A DNA stretch of 64,000 nucleotides from Zygnema circumcarinatum SAG 698-1b (taxonomy: Eukaryota; Plantae; Zygnematophyceae), in assembly GCA_037447605.1 (NCBI GenBank), contig CM074821.1, forward strand, positions 1,984,001 through 2,048,000, read 5' to 3'. Position 1 is the stretch's first letter. Every line of letters starts with the position of its first letter. A program made the position numbers and the translations under genes. The notes under the pieces are model-generated. The model searched no databases. It had not been told where the DNA came from and saw only the letters and a list, made by a program, of their open reading frames with translations. This document shows, one piece after another, positions 57,201 to 64,000 of this stretch.

Positions 57201-60200
57201 TGTTGAGATACTCGGTAGAAGTTAGCTGCTGAGTTGCTAGTCAACTGCTTTGGGGCAGTTATTGTAACAGACTATCTCTTACTATAGTAGTATTAACTTC
57301 ATCTGAAGTAGTGTTGCTCTGCTAGTTTGTTATCCCTGACTTGGAGTATGCATGCAGGCAGAGGCAGCCTTGGGACATTGCAAAGAGGCCATCCAATCTT
57401 TCCAGAATGTGAGGCAATCGACCTTTGTATAAACGAGCTTGTTTTTTATACTAACCCGAACATAACCTGACTGTTTAATGCTTTCAACATATTAAGTACA
57501 TGCATTTGATACCGTGGGAGCTCATCAGCTACAGTCAGACTAATATAAACGGTAGATATCATGGCCAAACTACAACTTCACTACCAACGCTACTAGTATC
57601 ACAGTATTTTAAATCAAACCCAAGTTTTGATTCATCTCTGTACGTTCTGCAGGCAAGGGCATTGGATTCACATTTAGTGCAAGCCATGGACGAGTATGCT
57701 ATTCTGCTGCAACCCCGAGGGCCAGAGAATTGGGAGCTCAACCGCCTTTTGAGTGAAGTTCTTAGTACAGACTCTTGTCGACCAGAGGCCTGGGTCACAG
57801 CTGCAATATTTTGGCAAGCCAGGGAAGACCCGGCGCAAGCCCTTGTCTATGTGGAAAAGGTAGGCTTTCATTTTTCGTTGAAGACCCGTGTGTAAGACAT
57901 CTGTAATTGGATTCACATGAAATGTGGTCAGGACACGGAGAGGGCTGATGCAGGTGTTCACAGCACTATTGTAGATCAATTTATGATTCTATAGAATATT
58001 CTCTGCTAGCTGCAGCTGTACACATGCTGTGAACACTGGCGCAAATTCGAAAAGACTGTGAAGCGGTGTCCATATGGCATAAGGGTACAGATTTGGATGC
58101 ATTCCGGGCTCATAGAGTGTTGAATCTGAGCCTGGCGAGTTTCAATACTTTGAAGGATTTTTTTGCGTATTGGTTGATCTGCAACAGGCGATTCGGGCAA
58201 ACGACCGGCATGCTTTGGCTCATCTTGTGAAGGTGAACCTCTGCTAGATCCTCTTGTAATGTGCTGTCGCCAGTGTGTACCGAAACAACAAGTAGGTGCT
58301 TGAGAGCTTCGGGAGTTAACAAAGTCAACCATCACATACCTTGACATGCAAAGAAAAGGCGAACAATAGATTACTCACAGCTATTGCGCTTGAGGTCTTT
58401 TTGGGTGCGTTTTTGGAGGCTCGACGTTATCTGAAAAGTGAATAGCAATTGCTTCTGGGGCTTCATGATGGGCAGGGTAACGTCGCGTTGGAAGCACAGA
58501 GGATCGAAATCGCAGCTGCTTCTTTCAGAAGGGTTCAATCACTCCATTTTGACCTTCGCGCGTCTCAAGGTGTTCCGCGTTACCTTCTCCTTTTTTTGTC
58601 TGGGTCCGTTGTACGAGCTTCTTTATGAGCCGTATTCTCCTAGGACTAGGAGAGTCTTTGCCTCGCACTGCATGGTATAGTGTTCTACTCTGGAACGTCT
58701 AATATTCGTGAAATGTGAACGAAGGGCGTGTCTCGTTGTGCGATGTGTTGGAACAGGTCTAGTCAGTGTGTATCTTGCGCAAGAGAAGCATAAAGAGGCG
58801 CTATTGGCTGCAAGAGAGGCAATAAAGGCCATGCCACAATCAGCAGCTGCGCTCACTCTCGTTGGACATGTCTATGCAAGAAATCAGAATGATCATGACA
58901 AGGTAGCCCTTTTACCTTTACAGTTTGACTCTATCTTGACTGTTTGGCAAAGAGTTCTGGGCGTGCATCAACTAGAAGTACGTATATCGGTGCCTCCAGT
59001 TTTGCAAGCATGTTATTAGATGTGTAAGGTTGGTGATTGGAATTTCAAGGAGCAAGTCAAATGCAGTGTCCTCTTCCGCGTCATGTAGATTATATGAGTG
59101 CAAAAGAAACAGTCAGTAATAGTTCAAGACAGCTCCATACAACTCATGGTTGGGACTCAGTTGGAATGGTTTCACTTGCCATGGATGGGACTGTCTTGGT
59201 TTTGTGAACGTGGCTTTCACAGTTGGAAAGGCGTTGCCCTTCTTGAGGATATACGCTGGCCTTTGGTGAATACATCTTCAAGGCTTTTCTCCATGAATAA
59301 TGTACATCCTAGTCCAGAAGCTTTGTGTGAGTGAGCAAGTGGGCTTTCAAACGGGGCAGGCTCGCAAGTTTTATGAATCTGCAATTCGACATGATGACAA
59401 CTGTCTGGAAGCCGTTCTGGCACTAGCAGATCTCCAATTGGCGGATGGACGATACAATTTGGCATATGAATTGTGAGTAGGATTTTCTTCTTGCTACTTC
59501 TGTAATTTCAGCACACACCAGAGGTTGGTTCTCAGAGGTGCGTAAGGAAAAACCAGACGACGGTGTCTAGGTAACCTCTCTCTCTGTTAATCAAATGGAG
59601 AGACTATTGTGGCTTTAGGCACACCGACTGGTCGGCATTATAAGTTTTTAAGTGTTTTTAGTTTTCTTTGTTCCAAACAGAACTGATGTGTACAGGATGA
59701 ACATTTAGCCGGTCTGGAGGTGCAGGCTGCAGCGTTACATTGCCAAGGCGGCCAATGATGAGCTTCATGTTAAGCTTGGACAAGTGTTGGCATCATGGAA
59801 TCGCCCAGAAGAGGCACTTGAACAGTATGAAGCAGCTCTAAGGTGGCAACCCGTCACCCTTATCATGCAATTAGCGTGTATTTGGAGTCACATCTTTGTT
59901 TCCCTTAAATTCAAGAAGGGTGCTTTTGCATTAATCAGACCCGAGAGCGACTTTTTACTATGAAAACGAGAACCTTGATCGTGCTTTGCTTAGTTTGGCC
60001 TGGCAAGGTCTCGTGTTGATTAGCTGTGGTGGAACAATGCAGCATGAATCCACGAAACAAGGATGCTCGACTTGGCCTTCATCGGGTTGAGAAGCTCCTT
60101 AAGGTGTGACTCGCATACCTTTCCTTTTTGGGAATATGAGGAGATGTGAATAATTGAATCTACGGATGCTGGACCCTGCTTGCTAAGTGTTCATGTCCAG

Positions 60201-60924
60201 ACCATTAAAGAAAACGTGGCTTGGATGGATTGACAAGTGCTGAATAGCAGGCTCTTGTAGAAAGGGTTCACTGACTTGCCGAATGCTTGTTCTAGTGGAC
60301 TTGTGAATCCAATGGACTCCGCACTCATAATCACGTAAGAGCGTAGATCAGAAGTTGGACTTCACGAGCTGATGGAACTGATGAAGTTTTGGTGATTTTA
60401 TTTCCAACCTCACAATTTTGTAGTCTCTGGATGAGAAGGACGGGTTTTGAGAAGAATGTGACTGTTGGACTTATGCGAGTCCCAAATGAAAGGGTCACGG
60501 TATATCTTCATGCTCAGCATGTGTAAGCCACCCGGATATGTGCGCAGTCCTAGGGACACAAGTCCATGTGCAATGGATGCCAAGTGATTTCCGTGTGATG
60601 TTGGCTGACCGGTCAATGTGGCGGGTCGAATGTAAAGCCCGACTGGGTGGCCATTGAATTGAGTGCTTGTCTTTGCACGTCCATGTTGCGTGGCGTGCAG
60701 CTTGAGTGAGCAGGCAGGCTGCCATGCCGTCTGCCTCCCCCCGTGTAGTCCTCAGTGTGGAGTGTGCCGGATGGCGGGTCCCTGGGCTGACCGCGGCGCT
60801 GGCCTGGAGAGGGGGGGCGGGCTGACAGGGGCAGGACCCGGACGCTGGCGAGGCGGAGGACGACCCCGACGCCGACGACGCGGACGCTGACGCCGACCAG
60901 CAGGACGCGGAGTTCTTCTCATGA
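54223..60924 (+). CDS. APC7: Multi-exon anaphase-promoting complex subunit 7 (TPR protein)
   Basis: MEVMREQVVALLEQGLHDSAAIL; YKECLR|QNPYLVEAVTALAMLG; LDPARWL; AMDEYAILL; EALLAAREAIKAMPQSAAALTLVG; ARKFYESA; LHVKLGQV; acidic tail GQDPDAGEAEDD...AEFFS*, matching the remembered plant APC7 pattern. Confidence 0.88.
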
Positions 60925-61370
60925 GAGGGAGGGCCGATCCAACCAGCGGCATTCGCATGATGCAGCAGCAGCAGATGATGCGGCCATTAGGTCTTTAGGA
61001 TACGATGGGATGCTTTGGGAGAGAGGTCGAGGGTGGCCACTGTGCCCTTGTTGGAGTATGAATACAAGTTTGTCCACCATGTTGCCAACGCCTTCACGCC
61101 CTATGCAGTGTGTTCACAGAGTTTTCCAGCCCGGCAGGGCCACTCCGTGGCCGCGGACATGAAACCATTTACAGTATTCGGAAATGTGCCTCGCCGCTCT
61201 TCCTTCACTTATTTCACCCTCGTAAGAAGATCAGACTGGTCGGTCACTCCGAGCGTGGCCGTGGCCGTGGCCGTGGCCGTGGCCGTGGCCGAGCTCGTAG
61301 CGCCTCCCCGGCGCGGGCGAACGTCCTCGATATGCCGCACGATATGTATCGAGCGCGCGCGGTGCGACGC

Positions 61371-61600
61371 GATACGATACGATACCAAGTGATGCCATGC
61401 CATGCCATGGCCCATGTCATGCCATGCCGTGGCCCATGCCATGCCCCATGCCATGCTATTCCATGTTATGCCATGCCATGCCATGCCGTGCCATGCCACA
61501 TGCCATGCCGTGCCATGCTATGCCATGCCGTGCCATGCTATGCCATGCTATGCCATGCTATGCCATGCTATGCCATGCCATGCCCCATGCCATGCCATGC
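61371..61600. repeat. Pentamer microsatellite (GATAC)3 followed by (GCCAT/GCTAT/GCCGT)n
   Basis: Directly visible. Confidence 0.95.
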
Positions 61601-62282
61601 GGTGGGTGCGATGCCATCCGCCCACAGCATGACGTGCGCGTGACACGCGTGACGGGGGCCGCGCGGCCCCTGCCCATTGGTCCGCCGCCGATCCGGGCCC
61701 GCGAGGAGTCAGAACTCCGACGCCGCCCGCCCGCGCGGGCAGGGCGGGTGGGTAGGAAGGCTCGGCGGAACCTCGGACGACTGCGGACGTCGGGGCGCGG
61801 CTGGGCGCAGGCTCGGAGCGGGCTCGGGCCCATTAGGGTTCCAGTCCGCTCCCTGGTGTGGCAGGCAGTCCAGCACCGGCGAGCTCGCGCTCGCTCACTG
61901 TATTCGGGACTGAACTGCCACTGTTGCTGTCTCTGTCTCTGCTGCTTCCTGGGCTGGGGAGGGGAGGAAAGGGGAGGGTGCTGCAACCGTGCGGCCGACA
62001 AGATCACTCGCTCCTCTCTTCGCCGGCTTGCTTTCATAGGACATCCATCAAGTTCTCTGTTGATCGTGTTCTGGCATGCAGCAAAGGATTTAGTGTGCTG
62101 GGAAGATTTTTCAGCAAAAGTGGAGCAGGAAGGCCTATTAGAAACCGTCAAAGGTAGAATTTGGACTTTTTGGAGCTCTGGACTCCCTCAGACGCCCGTA
62201 TATTTGAACGCAATATTTTGTGTTACAAAGTTAAGTTTCTGTATCATCTGAAGGTTGGTTAGGTTGGGAAACTGCAGATAAG

Positions 62283-64000
62283 ATGACTTCGAATTCGTCT
62301 CCGAGGCCTGCTCCCTATGCCACAAGTGATGATGTCCCCAAAATTCACCGATCGAACAGCAGGACGCCTGCAACAGCGCCGTGGGAGAAGGATCAATCGC
62401 CAAAGATGCAGAGCAAGGGTGGAGATTCGAGGAAAGTTGATCCGAGCACTAGACCTCGGATTTCAGAAGCGGCTCCGTTCGGCACTACGGATAATATAAG
62501 GCCGATGACTAATCGACCGACGCCAGAGAAGTCTGCAAGCGAGGCCGCGCCCTATGGCACCTCGGAGAACGTGCCTGTGCAACGCGCAAATTGGCATCCT
62601 GCGCCGAAGGCTGCTCCTTTTGGCACATCCGCTGATGTCAGAACCTTTGCCAAGGTACAATCTGCAAAGGTGCTGTCGTCGATCAACCTCATCCACGTCG
62701 TGCTCTTGCAGACCGGAAGTTCGTATATGTACTGGCCGTCCTTTGCATGCGCTGTGCAATCCCTTGGTCACTTTCACCTTCTGTAACAATAGTTTCCTCT
62801 TTCTTCAGAAAAGGTTCCCGTAGCTTGTTTATCGTGCCAGGTGTAAACTTTACCTTTGCATTTACGTGCTGCCTTTCAACAAATCATTCACCATTCGCGT
62901 ACCAGTCTGAGCTTGAGCTCGTGTAAGCTGCGTCTGGCACTGTGATACCAAGCAGCCAGACTGAACTTCTGCCGTTCTGACTTACAGGCGCCAGCGCCGA
63001 AAAGTTCAGCACCATGGGAGCGAGACGAAAGCAGATACACTCATAAGGTACTTGGTTGTTCTGCAGACCTGATTTTTTGCTAGCTATCAAGCAGGATATC
63101 TTCCTTTTTGGATATGCTGCTTACTTATTTTGCTTTTGCGTGTGATGCAGGGAAAGGGAGCAGTAAGCTTTAGTAATGATGCACCGTATGCAACCGAGGG
63201 CAAATAATGTTTGTAGAATAGTGATGTAACGGGCAATATAATAGTCAGACACGAAGACTGCCAGGTCTTCTCCGAGTAGTAACCACAGGGAACCTCCAGT
63301 TATGTCTGAGATAACTTTTGCAGATTCCCAAGATCCGAGTCTCATCATTTTATTGCTACCGCAGTTTCAAACCTACAGAAGTTGTTGGACCAGCTCCGCA
63401 TTGACTTAGCTGTACATGTTTGGTACTAGTTATTTTTTGCTTCAAGCCTTTCGGAAGACCTGGGCAAAGGTTGAGGATTTTGACTTGTTTATGGAGTCCT
63501 TTGTGGCCTCCAAAGAGGGCTGTATTCATTTTCTGGATTACAGGCAGGGGTTATGGCAAAGAAATGTTCTGGTAGCAGAGGCATTGCTGCTACCACAGCG
63601 GCAAAGCTGTTCACTTACTTTGTTTCCGTAGAGTTGGCCGGGTGGAGATGAAGGCGAAGGTCCATGTCAGGTGACTTCTATTCCTTCTTAATTTATGTGC
63701 CATAAATTCGGAAGGCCTCATCCAGATCACTACGAATGGCTCGAGTCGAACTGGGAGAAGCCATGCAGGCCTCTCCCTGGTCATTGCCCGCATGTGAAGG
63801 TGCGTCATGATGCACAGGATCAATCGTTTGCATTATTTCCAATATTGTATGTGCTTCAGATTTGCTCCTTTTGGCATATTTTTGTAGCGCAGTGAAAGGA
63901 GCAGGTGATATATCTTGCCTGCATGCTCACAGGTAGGTGTGCCCCGCTCAGCTTGGTTTCTTACCGTGTCCGGCTTACGCAAATGTGCATGTAATGTTGC
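62283..64000 (+). CDS. Uncharacterised multi-exon gene with repeated AP[YF][AG]T and APWE motifs; probably continues beyond the right edge
   Basis: ATG at 62283 follows an acceptor (gcag|ATAAG). Exon to ~62653 has PAPYATSDD, TAPWEKD, EAAPFGTTDN, EAAPYGTSEN, KAAPFGTSAD. Further exon-like pieces SAPWERDE (~62988-63047) and NDAPYATE (~63150-63198). Downstream structure unresolved. Confidence 0.55.

Noticed and set aside
61110-62251. Cys/His/Met-rich metallothionein-like ORFs (MPCHA repeats)
   Set aside because: Translations of the GCCAT pentamer microsatellite. The repeat also lacks the CATGCA core of a true RY element.

Overview
Eukaryotic, intron-rich nuclear DNA from a green plant lineage. 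The gene set (FtsHi5, TIC40, YCF54, TerC, plant-type UBP14/UBP26/APC7) and the GC-rich 5' ends suggest a streptophyte alga or early land plant, but the species cannot be determined from the sequence. Genes in order: TIC40-family (-, runs off the left edge), SIL1/FES1-type Hsp70 nucleotide exchange factor (+), YCF54 (+), EFG1-like (-), UBP14 (+), N-myristoyltransferase (-), UBP26 (+), FtsHi5 (+), TerC (-), APC7 (+) and an uncharacterised repeat-containing gene (+, runs off the right edge). Non-genic structure includes two adjacent TA-flanked MITEs (one carrying four ABRE/G-box cores), a pair of palindromic AACCATTG/CAATGGTT minisatellites and several long simple-repeat tracts. The most interesting signal is a degraded segment of about 0.85 kb inside a TIC40 intron. 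It reads as the polymerase core (motifs A-D, including HSDD) of a Bunyavirales-like negative-strand RNA virus L protein, i.e. a candidate endogenous viral element. Exon structures were built by hand and family assignments rest on remembered motifs; no database search was run. No rRNA, tRNA or CRISPR features were recognised.
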